A stretch of DNA of 64,000 nt from positions 30,132,001 to 30,196,000 of the forward strand of contig OX597824.1 of NCBI GenBank assembly GCA_951406725.2, read 5' to 3'. Made by a program: the position numbers and the translations under genes. Positions 11,708-24,060 of the stretch are shown here, piece by piece. A model generated the notes under the pieces. That model worked only from the letters and a program-made list of their open reading frames with translations, was not told where the DNA came from and made no database searches. The first letter of the stretch is position 1, and each line of letters opens with the position of its first letter. This stretch comes from Octopus vulgaris. Taxonomy: Eukaryota.

Positions 11708-13899
11708 TACACACTAGTTCAACATCATTCAAGGTAGATCTTGAGTGAAAGCATGTTATGGATGAAGTCATAAATAGTGACGAAGGAATTTTGGCAAACA
11801 ACCAACCAATTGATTGTCTAGCCAATACATTAAACAAACAGTTGAGTAGTTGTTTAGATATTTAACCGATTGACTAACAGTAAAAGAAGTGATATTGAAC
11901 CAGTGCATGTGTTGTTATTTGCATAATGACCCTCCCAAGACAACAGGATTTGTTTCAACACACGAATTCACATCAAGAATCTTGCAAATAGAAAATACAA
12001 AGTGGGTGTGTGTGTGTGTGCATAATGTGTGTGTGTGTGTGTGTGTGTTTATTTTTTACTGATATTTTCTTGGTTAAAACTGGAAAATGATAATTCATAA
12101 CTGATTTAGCTAAGCTTATCATACATTTATTTGACATTTTTTCTTCACCAATGTATGTGCGTACACACACACACACACACACAGAGGACAAGCACAAGTA
12201 TTATTGTTGTTGTAAAGCGAAGTAATAGATATTTAAACAAACACTTATTTTCCACTCTATCAGCTTTATTACCATACATTTCCATTGCCAGAGTTGCTGA
12301 ATAAATAAAGCAAAACAGTGTTAACTCAACAATTATCTTGAGCTGTGTAGAAGTATTTAACCAATTGAAGTTAATTTCAGTGTCATTGATAACAGGGTTA
12401 ATTATACTAAATGAAACAGAAACTAGAAATTAGCTAGTATTTATGGACGTAAAACACTTATTGTTCATTTTATACTATCAAATGGCGTAAATGAAAGCAA
12501 GTGAAGGATAGAGATTGGCAAGTTTATACATCCAAGATATACTCAGTGTTGTTTCATAGAATGAATCTTTAATGTTCTTTTTATACTTTACATTTAGTGC
12601 TCCACTCCCTTGGTCCCTTAGAGTTCTTTGTCAAATACAACACTGTAATATTGTAGATTTGGCATTGTGTATTATACCCATTATTGGTACTGTTAAGCCC
12701 CATCTCAGCTTTGATCAAGCAGATTTGTGATCAAAAGTGCTCTAGTTGTAACTATCCGTGTCTTATTTTTGTCATTTCAGACATAGCTTAGACTTTCAAA
12801 TGCAACCATTGGTTTTTATGAGATTAGGGTGTGATTTGAGCATGACTTAGCCATATTTCTAGCTGGTCATGCAATCTTGTGGAAGCTCTTCAGTAGCTCA
12901 GCAAGAACCACTGCAACTTTTCTCTGCCATATTTTAATCCTAGCACCTGGCCATAAAATGCTGCCCCACCCTCTCAAATACAACCCTGCTTTGTCAAAGA
13001 AGCTTTTTCCTTTTCTTGTTCATTTTCTGTCTTGGATGTTACTTGGTGACCTCACTAGTGCTGGTGACATGTCAAAAACACCCAGGATACACTGTAAAAT
13101 GTTCAAATAATGACAATAATAGTGAGTTGTGTGTACATACACTGATCTTAAACAGGTACTCAACAATTCGAAAACATAACACGTTGCGGAATTCCACCGC
13201 AAAAATCCTTGTTACTCATGTACAGCCTGCAACTAAAATCTTCAGAACGCTATATAATTGATAGACCTTGTAACAGCAAATAATATTTCATGGTGACCAC
13301 ACATTCTTCACATAATCAAAACTACTTTACAAAACCCCATCAAAGCCAGAATATAATATTTCAACCTTTAAAATGTTGTGATCCAATATGAGACATGAGT
13401 GCACCCTACATACTTGTACTTGTTACACATTTTGGTTGAAAATCAGTGTTTTCCTGTATTTATTTCCCCCTCTATTGTTGAATACACATCATTTTGATTC
13501 ACTTTCTGTTCACAACACACACACAAAGTTGAGAAACTGTTTTGTTTCCCAGGGAAGCCATACAGCTCACTGTTATTAATGGCTAGCGAGGTGTATGTGT
13601 GTGTTGACATGTTTGCATTTGTCAGCGCAATCATGTTATTATTGTAATTATTGTGTTATTATTTGTACTGTATATATATTATTGTATGTTGTTAGTGTAA
13701 GTTAATTGCTCTGTATTAATTACCATTATTGCTATTGTGGGTTTTAAGTTCCTTCTGCTTGCAGTGCAATTCACTTTCTATTATATTTGTTGAAAGTGAC
13801 AATGAATTGTTTTTAAATGACCATCAACATCCCTTCAAGGCCGACAACATCCTACCCTATCCAATACCAGCTGCTCAATATTGAGTCAGCATCATTAGG

Positions 13900-14270
13900 G
13901 TGTCATCTGCTTTTAGCAGGTTCAATATCAAGGGTCTCCATTCAGCTCTTTTTCTCTGCCATTCTTACACAATCACTCTGTGGTAGTGTAGTCTAGTCCT
14001 TGATGTTATTCAAACCAGTCTGTCCTAGGTCTTCCTCTCAAGTATTTGCAATTTATCTTTACTTCTCATAATAGCCCTTTGTATACCTAGTGCTCTTACT
14101 CTGTGACCAAAGTATTTTAGCCTTTTTTTTTTTTTTTAAATAGTTGAGAGTAGTGACCTTTTTCTGTTTGCAAGTTGTAGCACTTCAGTAGTTTCATGCT
14201 TGGTCCAAAATATTCTTAACATTGTTCCTATATGTTTGCACTTGAAAAACTTCTAGTTTGTCAGACAGTT
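13900..14270 (-). mobile_element. RTE-clade LINE 3' remnant
   Basis: Minus strand gives a degenerate LKYFGH...RGRPRTDW C-terminal RTE motif. Confidence 0.55.
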
Positions 14271-14392
14271 TCCATTAATGTCCTTTGGCATAAGATAGTG
14301 CATCTAACAAAACACTTTTATTTCCAAAATACATCTCAAATAAATCACCTTGGGTCCAATATGTGAAGTCAGGCCTATATTACAAGCTTTAA

Positions 14393-14612
14393 CCCTTTCG
14401 TTACTGTATTTATTTTGAGATGTTCTGTGTTTCTTTCAATTATTTTAAATATAACAAAGAATTTAGTAAAATAACTTAGTTATCATTAAGCTAGTGTTAG
14501 GAACGTAAATTGTGACTAAGGCTTGGTGGAATATTTTAATTTAGAGTTTATGAAAGCAAGACATTTAACCACAGAGCCAGAGCCGGTTTTGGCTGGGTTA
14601 GCAACAAAAGGG
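14393..14612 (+). mobile_element. piggyBac-type MITE family 2
   Basis: TTAA-flanked and homologous to 11007-11203; appears nested in an older pogo-like MITE (about 14280-14707). Confidence 0.88.
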
Positions 14613-16039
14613 TTAATGTATTAAAAACTTATTTTTCTTGAATGTACACTGCTGAATCTTAGGGTGCATCTAATACACCCATGCATCTTTTATGCCATCA
14701 AATACAGAATATTTCCAAATTAAGAAAAAAAAAGCTCCAGTGCTTTGGCATGGTGCTTTTTTAAATGCGACAGTGCTGCAAGTTATTAATTCGTGATATC
14801 CCAGAATGCTTCAGCATTAGCAGAAGCACCAAAACCATTCTCTAAAATGCCAATAACTCCCGCATTCTCAGCTGTTATAGCTGTGGTGTCAGTGTTTAAC
14901 AGCATTGTGATTGATGAAATTAGCCATAGCCAATTGATAAATGACTTTCTCATGATTCTTCTAACCTTCGCTAACCTATTGAAATCCATTTTAGGAAGTA
15001 GTTCTTAATTTTTATCTCGAACTTATGTAAATATCATATTCAGTAACTAATATGTTCAAAGTTTTGTTGTTGTTTTGTTGTTGTAACCAATTTTATGAAT
15101 AATATCATTTGTATTTGTCTTCCCCCTCCCCTCCAATTAAACTAAATTATGAAACATTCACATCTCTCATGATTTATCTAATCTAATATAAAATGCTTCA
15201 GTTTTTCAACGTTACTTTTTTATTATTTTGTTTAAAGTATTATATAGTATGTCAATAAATTTTTATGGTATTTGGTTTGTGTTTGTATATTTCTTTTTTG
15301 TCTTTTCTGGTCACTAAATATTGAGATTTATGTGGATATCAGTATATTCTGCTGGTCTATTAATATCTTCATTCTCACTGTGTACGACTTGTTATCAGAT
15401 GACTGTATGAAGCGCATTTACTCCAGTTGTTAATAGATGAGAATTTAGTATCATCACTAGACTCAGCTTGCAAGTGGTGGTCACCCACTGAAACTGAGCA
15501 GTTTTCTGTCTAATTTTCTGTGCAACTTTCATTATTTATATCCATTTAAATCTATTTAAAATAAGAATTTTTCTCCAAAAAGGATCATTTTTGAAAATCC
15601 TTTCATCATCACCATCATATAACATCCACTTTTCCATGCTTGCATGGGTCAGACAGAATTTTTTCAGACAGATTTTCTATGTTTGGTTGCCCTCCTTGAC
15701 ACCAGCCATCACCTGTTTTCAGACAGGTTTAATATTTTCTCATGGCTTGACATACTTTCCAAAGAAGATTGGAAATAACCTGACTCACATGATGATGATA
15801 ATTGGTTACAGACATCAGGGGATGTCTTTACATAGGTACACACATGCATACGCACATATATATATATATATATGATGGGATTCTTTCAGTTTCCATCAGC
15901 CAAATCCGCTCAAAACTTTAGTCTGCTATAACAGATGACACTTGCCTAAGGTGCCATGCTGTGGGATTGAACTCAAGACCACAAGGTTGAGTTATAAGTG
16001 GAAGAAGACAAAAGTTGCTGTTTAATTTTGTAGCTAATA

Positions 16040-16255
16040 ATGGTTTCAAATTTTGGCACAATGCCAGCAAATTTGGGGGTGGGGTTAAGTCAATTACATT
16101 GACACCAGTGCTCAACTGGTACTTATTTTATCAACCAGTAAAGGACAAAAGGCAAAGTCAACCTTGTCAGAATTTGAGCACAGATCATCAAGACAGATAA
16201 AATGCTGTTGAGCATTTTGCTCATCGTGCTAACAACTCTGCCAGCTCGCTACCTT
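16040..16255 (-). mobile_element. SINE family B
   Basis: Reverse complement of family B, diverged. Confidence 0.75.
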
Positions 16256-17318
16256 AATCTTATAGTAAATAATGACCAGAAAGGAGGAGATCTTTCTAGA
16301 AATACATTTAATAAAAAAAGAAAGGGAGAAAGGAAATTTAAAAAATTCAGGTATGTACGTGCAGGAATACCCCCATTTATTTAAGGAAATTGCTTCACAA
16401 CCACAAGAGTTAAGTTTGTTAGATGGAAACTGTGCTGAAGATGATGTATGTCTTTATGCTTATTGGTGTTGTATAAAAACATACCTTAGCAATTTAATAA
16501 GTATAGATTGGTAGTGTAGTGAAGAAGCTTGCTTTGCAACCATGTGGTTTTGAGTTCAGTCTCACAGCTTGGCACCTTTGGCAAGTGTATTTTACTATAA
16601 CCCCAGGTTGACCAATGCTTTGTGAGTGAATTGACAGATGGAAACTGGGTGGAAGCTTGTCACCCTACCATCACTTCCACTACCACTTGTTTACATCCTT
16701 ATAACTTAATGGTTCTGCAAACAAAACCAACAGAATATGTATTTGAGTGATTGAATTGGGGTCAGAGTGATAGACTAAAATCCCTTGAAACTGATGCTCC
16801 AGCATGGCCACAGTTCAATGGCTGAAACTAGTAAAAATATGAAAACATATTATATACACTCCTTCCCACCAGTCACATTTGAAACTGCTCACATAGTTTT
16901 AACTTGGTTCCAATATCTCTGAAACTGATCTTGGCCTCCTCCGTTGCCATTTTAACTCTAATTAAATAGTTTGTAAATTTGACTTGACATGGCAAGAATC
17001 ACGTGTCATTCCTTCGTGTCAGTTGTGAAATTCTACCCTAAGTTTTGACCATGGCTCTTGTATGATGATGATGATATAATACAGCAAAGGATGTGGATTT
17101 AGGCAGAGGATAATTTGCATATATGAACATTCACCAATAAACCATATTGCCTCAATGAGTTTGTCACTAGATTTTGATTGGTTGTCATCTGGCTAGAGTT
17201 AGTTGATTTCTAATGAGATTTAGCCATGCTGGTTGTTCACTGTCTCATTGCCATGATCACCACCAGCATCAATTATTTATTTATTTAGAACGCAGTAATG
17301 ATTTTATGAATTCTTTGT

Positions 17319-17671
17319 AGGCGCAGGAGTGGCTGTGTGGTAAGTAGCTTGCGAACCAACCACATGGTTGCGGGTTCAGTCCCACTGCATGGCATCTTGG
17401 GCAAGTGTCTTCTGCTATAGCCCCGGGCCGACCAATGCCTTGTGAGTGGATTTGGTAGACGGAAACTGAAAGAAGCCTGTCGTATATATATATATATATA
17501 TAATTATCATCATCGTCGTTTAACGTCCGTTCTCCACGCTAGCATGGGTTGGACGGTTCGACCGGGGTTCTGGGAAGCCAGAAGGCTGCACCAGGCTCCA
17601 GTATAATCTGGCAATGTTTCTACAGCTGGATGCCCTTCCTAACGCCAACCACTCCGTGAGTGTAGTGAGTG

Positions 17672-17710
<39 letters not shown>

Positions 17711-17905
17711 TTGTCCCCCTAGCATTGCTTGACAACTGATGCTGGTGTGTTTACGTCCCCGTCAGCAGTTCGGCAAAAGAGACCGATAGAATAAGTACTG
17801 GGCTTACAAAGAATAAGTCCCGGGGTCGATTTGCCCGACTAAAGGCGGTGCTCCAGCATGGCCGCAGTCAAATGACTGAAACAAGTAAGAGTAAAGAGAG
17901 AGAGT
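17319..17905 (+). mobile_element. SINE family A, full length, with a family D fragment (17506-17670, minus) inside its TA tract
   Basis: AGGCGCAGGAGTGGCTGTGTGG start, GAAACAAGTAAGAGTAAAGAG end; family D motif nested. Confidence 0.9.
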
Positions 17906-18049
17906 ATATATCATCATCATCATCATTTTACATCCGTTGTCCATGCTGACATGGGTTGGACGGTTTGACCAGGACTGGTAAGCTGAGGGGCTGTACTAGA
18001 CTCCAATCTGATTTGGCATTGTTTCTATGGCTGGATGTTATTGTTTTGA

Positions 18050-18212
18050 GTTATTCATGCATCATCTCATAGATTTCAGATTTCAATGATATAATTGTTT
18101 ACTTTTAGAATGACATTGCAGGGTAATTGTGAGAGGCCTGATCTGATCAGTTTGAACACAAAACAGGTAGAATATTTGGGCCTGGTATGGCCAGTTTGAA
18201 AGCTTAAAAGGT
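18050..18212 (-). mobile_element. piggyBac-type MITE family 1, partial
   Basis: Reverse complement of the 1875-2095 sequence. Confidence 0.7.
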
Positions 18213-18403
18213 TATGGGTTAATGAACTAAAAACCTTTTTTTCCCCCCCTGAACATGCACTACCGGAATTAAGGTGCATCTAATATACCTGTATGTTTTT
18301 CTTGGGGTGGGATTATGCCATCATGTATAGTATGTATTTAAATAAATTCTGCTACTTTCTTTTTTATATTTTAAATTCTACTCCTTTTGTTATTTCTTTG
18401 CAG

Positions 18404-18475
18404 GAAACTTAGTTATAATAACCTTGCTGAAATGCCATATTTTGGAAAGAATTATAGTCTTGAACAACTTCACTT
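18404..18475 (+). CDS. LRIG: LRIG-like gene, internal LRR exon B
   Basis: tttctttgcag| acceptor, |gtgagt donor; 72 bp, phase 2/2; (L)KLSYNNLAEMPYFGKNYSLEQLH(L); joins exon A in frame (CT|G = Leu). Confidence 0.92.
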
Positions 18476-18884
18476 GTGAGTAGACACCTTCTGACTTCTT
18501 TTTTTTTATTTTTGCCGTTCATTTTAATTTTAAATGCTGCATGTCATTTAGTTAATCCTGTTATCTTTATGACTAACTTGCAATAATCCCTATTGTTGTC
18601 TGTAAATGAATTGCTTATAACAGGATTTAATTGTATTTCATTCAAAACATGCCTTGTTGGTTGCTAAGCTTTCTTAGAAGTAAAATGCAGACAGACGTCC
18701 CTTCCCTCCCATAAAACTCCCTACTCAAGACATTAATAGAGATGGGTTAAGGAATAAAGAAGTTTGGGTTTGTTATCACAGATTTTAGGTGTTGCAGGGA
18801 TTAAAATTTGGTAAAAGCCACAAGTTTAAGACATGGAGCTGACCATAGATTTGTGACTACTCTAGTATTGATCCTATAAACACT

Positions 18885-19270
18885 TGTGGCTGTGTGGTAA
18901 GAAGTTCCTTCTCAACCACATGGTTCTGGGTTCAGTCCCACTGCATGGAACCTTGACCAAGTGTCTTCCTCTAAAGCCTTTGGCTGACCAAAGCCTTGTG
19001 AGGGAATTTGGTAGACAGAAACTAATAGAAACTTGTCTTATATGTGTGTCTATGTTGTGTGTCCACAATTGCTTGACAAGTGGTGTTGGTATGTTTACAG
19101 CCCTGTAACTTAGTGGTTTAGCAAAAGAGACTGATAGAATATGTACCAGGCTTCAAGAAAAATAATAATTACTGGAGTCAATTCATTCAGCTTAAAAAAT
19201 TCTTCAAGATGGTGCTCCAGCATGGCCACAGTCTACTAACTGGAACAAGTAAATGGTAGAAGATAAAGAT
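18885..19270 (+). mobile_element. SINE family A
   Basis: Family A head, core and tail. Confidence 0.85.
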
Positions 19271-20767
19271 CGTTATATCAGTACTACTGCCTCTCTCCTA
19301 TCACCCCTATAATTACTCTTAATACCAGTATTATAAGCACTCTTATATCAGTATTATAACTATTATTAATACTATAACTATTTCTAAACATCATTGCTGT
19401 TACTACTCTGAGTAACAGTGCTATAATTAAAGTTTGAGACAGATGCCATGCATAACTAATGTTGGCAAGTAAGCCTTTCTCTCATCAATTTAAGCCTTCA
19501 GTCCATGTTAGCATTAATATCATAATTAGGATGGATAGATGGAGCTGACTGACCTTCGCAATTCTTTGCATTTCTTCCTGTTCATGTCAAATGCATAATT
19601 ACCAAATTTCTTAAACGGTTTCTGCATATAAAGCAATGATGGAGAGGTTAAAGATGAAATGAAGAGGGAAGGGCGTCCACCTGTCATGCAAGACAAGCAA
19701 GAGCAGTATGGACACACAATCGCAGATGTTATTCAGCTTGCTCGGATCGGAAATACAGTATTTAAATTTGTATAAGATAAACCCACTGGTGTTCGGTAGA
19801 GTAGCTTTTGGGTTGGAAGAGTTTTTGTTTTGTGTGGACAGAAATGTTAGGACTGGACGAATTAAAGAAGTAATCTCAAGCTGATCATGATACAAGATAA
19901 AGCTATGATTGAGGAATATGGTTTCATGAATGAACACAGAAACTGATGACTCTTTGAAAATGCATTATAATATAATAAATCTTGCCAGAGCAATCAATCT
20001 AGTGTAAGGGATTAGACGTGATTGTAATTGTTTATATATACTTGTAATGAGAGAAGAGCTGAATTAAAGAGGAGGAGGAGGTCGAGGTCTGAAGTATGAG
20101 TCATTGATTTAGTAATGTATTATTAGAACTTTTTCTCTTGGCCTTTCACTTCCAAACCAGTAAATTAAAACATGAACCTCCAGTCTGATTTGATCTGTTT
20201 TTCTCTTATCTAATCTCCACCGATGTACTATTACTACTACTGCTGCTGCTGGTGATAATGATGGTAGTGGTGGTAGTAGTACTAGCACACTGCTATTTGG
20301 ACTTGGACTCCTTCTTGTTGCTGTTGTTTGGTCTTATTAGTAAACCTAAGAATGTTGATTTGATCATTTAGATGAAGATATGGCTTATCAACCTACATGT
20401 GTGTATTGCATATCTGTATATGTGTATATATTTTGTGTGTGTGTACTTTCCAGTTTTTACTGATAAACTCGATGGCAATGTTTATTCTCTGAAGATACTG
20501 CATAAATCTATGATGAATTCATTAAAACTTTAATACGTTTAAAACATTACTTATTTTCTACTTATCATCCATTTTGTGTGTGTGTGTGTTATGCAGTAAT
20601 ATAAACTTAATTCTGAAAGACCCTTAAAAATGATATTAAGGGTTAAACAGGATGTTTGTATCATTGAATCAAAAGCAGTCTTAGGTTGGTATCAAAAGGA
20701 TTAATGTCCTATTTCCTAATTGGGGGTCAGTCCTGAGTGTAAACTGACTCTTGTGTAGTTAATAGAA

Positions 20768-21320
20768 TTGCAGGTGTGGGTGTGTGGTAAGAAGTTTGCT
20801 TCCCAAGCACATGTTTCCGGGTTCAATCCCACCGGTTGACGCCTTGGGCAGACCAGAGCCTTGTGAGTAGATTTGGTAGACGGAAACTAAAAGAAGCCCA
20901 GTGTGTATGTCTTTGTGTCTGTTTGTCCCACATCACCATTTGGAAACTGGTATTGGTGTGTTTACATTAATATGACTTAGCAATTCAGCAAAAGATGCCG
21001 ATAGAATAAGTACTAGGCATTAAAGAAATGTACCAGGGGTCAATTTATTTGACTAAAATTCTTTAACCTTCTAGCATTTTAACTGGCCGTATCTGGTCTA
21101 GATATGTTACCTATTTTATGTTCTAAACAGCCAGATCCAGCCTATCACACTTATCCTTCAATGCTGTTTTAAACATATACAGTTACATCATCAACATTTC
21201 TAAGCTACAAAATAAATGCAAGATTAATGAAAAACAAACGTGAATGAAAAAGCATTGCACTTGACAGAGTAACTTGAATGCAAAAGGTTTAAGGTGATGC
21301 CCCAGCATGGCTGCAGTAAA
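20768..21320 (+). mobile_element. SINE family A interrupted by MITE family 1 (21067-21288)
   Basis: GACTAAAATTCT|TTAA-[MITE]-TTAA|GGTGATGCCCCAGCATGG; the SINE resumes after the second TTAA. Confidence 0.82.
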
Positions 21321-21354
21321 AGATGTCAGCAAATCAGCTGAAACTGCTTTTTAA

Positions 21355-21575
21355 CCCTTTAGCATTTAAACCGGCCATATCCGGCCAAAAATATTCTACC
21401 TGTTTTATGTTCAAACTGGCCAGATCTGGTCTCTCACACCAACCCTACAATATCGTTTTAAAAATTAACAGCTACCTCATCAAAATCTCATAGCTACAAG
21501 ATAATGCCTGATTAGTTCAAAACAATGTGGATAAAAAAGGATTAATTTTGGCAGAATAATGCGAACACTAAAGGG
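21355..21575 (+). mobile_element. piggyBac-type MITE family 1
   Basis: TTAA|CCCTTTAG ... CTAAAGGG|TTAA. Confidence 0.88.
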
Positions 21576-23031
21576 TTAAAGATCATTTTCTAATATCAAA
21601 CACTCTTGTTAATGTCCATGTTGTGTGATGGCCACAGTTGAAGGAAATCAGTCTTTTATTTAGTCAGCTGGCCCTGATTCCCTGGGGACAGTTTGAAAAC
21701 TCAAAGGTTTCCAAGCCTTTTGTGAGGAATTCGACCACTCCCAACACCTGTCAATACTTCAAGCTTAGAGAAATATACAACACCCCCAGCTTTCTCTTTG
21801 TGTGTGTGTGTGTATAAATATATATGATTACTTTTTTTTTTATTTATTTACCAAACTTGAACTGTAAATAAGACCTGCAGAACTAATTTTAAATTCTTGA
21901 AAAATGCTGCTGGCAACTCTCATAAAAGAAACTTGAACTAAAAATAAGAAATTTAAACTAAAGACAAATGCTAAATTTCCTTTCAAATCAGCTTTTCTTT
22001 ATCTTGTTTTCACTGAAAATAAGAATCTTCTGAAAAGTCTAAGGGAAAAAAAAATAAATAAATAAACAGCCAGCTTGAGTTAGAAATGGGTGAAGGGATG
22101 GAACCTTTGTGTTTTTTTTTTTTTTTGAGGGGGGGGTTGCTATTTTTTCTTTTTTAAAGTTTTCCAACTGTTTTCTCAGACTCTATGTGTTTGTGTGTGT
22201 GTGTGTGTGTGCTTGCCATTAATCAGTGACCACCAACAGTAAGCAGTATCACATGTTGAAATGTTTGGCACAAAAATCAGCTCATTTGGGCAGCCCTACA
22301 GACTACTGTCTGATATTGCTTTGATCCCATCCACCTATACCTCTCCACTATCATCACCGCCACCGCCATACCACACTACCTCCTTCCAAACAAACCTAAC
22401 CGCCCTGATTCTCTCTGCTCCCTCCTCTTTCTCTCTCTCCATATGTGTAGTATTCACACACACACAAAATATCTGTCACTACATCTTCATACCAGTTATT
22501 TATTCTTCCCTTTGTCTTTTGCTTGGATTGTTTGTTCCTTCCAACACAAGCTGCTAAACTTCTAACAACTTCCACACCATCTCACTCACAAAATACACAA
22601 CTCCAAAAACTCCATGCCCCCCCTCTTTCTTTCTCTCTCTCAACTCTGCACACCCTCTTTTTTTTTTTTTTTCTTTTTTTTTTCTTCCATATTTTCTTAG
22701 AATTCCTTTTAAAAACCATTTTCTGTTTTCCTTATCTTAGCAGCTCTTATGTTCTTGCAAACTTTTGAAGTGGATTCTTGGTTTAACTACTCTCTGAAAT
22801 AACAACAACAACAATAATAATAATAATAACAATAGGCAAAACTATTCCTTTGTACTTGTTGCTATTCTTTTGTTTCATATTTATGAGATAATTATTAACT
22901 GTTCTATGCTCTAAGTTTCACTTACATATTGTTTTACAAAACATTCTCATGCCAAAATTCTTTTAATTTAATTCTCATTAAAACTAATGGTTGATCACTT
23001 CAGTCATGTCTGTCCTGCTAGTCTTTTGGAG

Positions 23032-23610
23032 CTGTGGTTCTCAACCAGGGTCCACATAAGATTTTTGGGGCTCCGAGCAAGCAAAATAGTAAATTGGGTA
23101 TCCACAGCCGTATTTTGGGGGTCCACAGAAAAATTTTGATTTGGCTGTATTTATTGCAAGAAACAATAAACTGCTAAGTTGTTTGTCTAATATTTCAAAA
23201 TGTTTAACAAGTTTCTGGCCATTGAAACATGTTCTCTCAGGGAGAGTGCTTTTGCAAATTTACACAAAGAGAACATGTAAAATTCAAAATAGGAATTATG
23301 AAAGAAGTATCTATAAAACTAGTTTTTAAACATTCTTTTCTACTCTCTGCGCAAGGCCTGAAATTTTTGGGAGAGGAGGGCAGTCGATTAAATCGACTCC
23401 AATATGCAACTGGTACTTAATTTATTGACCCCAAAAGGTTGAAAGGCAAAGTCAACCTTGGCAGAATTTGAACTCAGAACATAAAGACATACCAAATACC
23501 GCTAAGCATTTCACCCAGTGTGGTGATGTTTTTGCCACCCTGCCACCTTTAAGCATTGAATGTCTATCAGGTCCACCAGAATAAAATGGTAATCAAGGGA
23601 AGAACCACTG
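23032..23610. mobile_element. hAT-type MITE containing a family B SINE (about 23333-23550, minus)
   Basis: CTGTGGTTCT ... AGAACCACTG termini; 8-bp flanks TTTTGGAG / ATTTAGAG (6/8). Related fragments near 9160-9310 and 25990-26165. Confidence 0.65.
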
Positions 23611-23794
23611 ATTTAGAGCTAATCTTACTCTTTTATGTGCTTCTATGGAATTGCCAGATCAGTATGCATTAAGATTGGATTCAACCAGTATTAATCCAGG
23701 CTATGCCAAACTTAATACCACCACTCGGTAAATATGGTACTCTTGCTGAAGGGCTTTAGTCAGTTACATCCCCCACTGTACTGGCAGTTATGTT

Positions 23795-24060
23795 GAGTTA
23801 ATCCAATCAATGGAACACCCTGTTTATCAAATTAATGTGCAAATGGCTGAGCACTTCTCTGATACACACGTACCCTTAGTGTAACTCTTAGGATGATTGA
23901 CACAGAATGTGACATGGTTGGCCTTTTGAAATATAGGTACAACTCGTTTTTAACAGGAAATAAAGTGCGATGTTCAAAGGCACTACACACAACCAGGAAT
24001 TGAACCCAGGACCTTATGACTGTGAGCCAAATATCCTAACCGCTAAACCACAAGCCTCCA
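23795..24060 (-). mobile_element. tRNA-derived SINE family C
   Basis: Reverse complement of the 29760-30086 family, diverged. Confidence 0.7.

Noticed and set aside
19943-19975. Minimal hammerhead CTGATGA...GAAAATGCATTA
   Set aside because: No stem II and no stem I complementarity.
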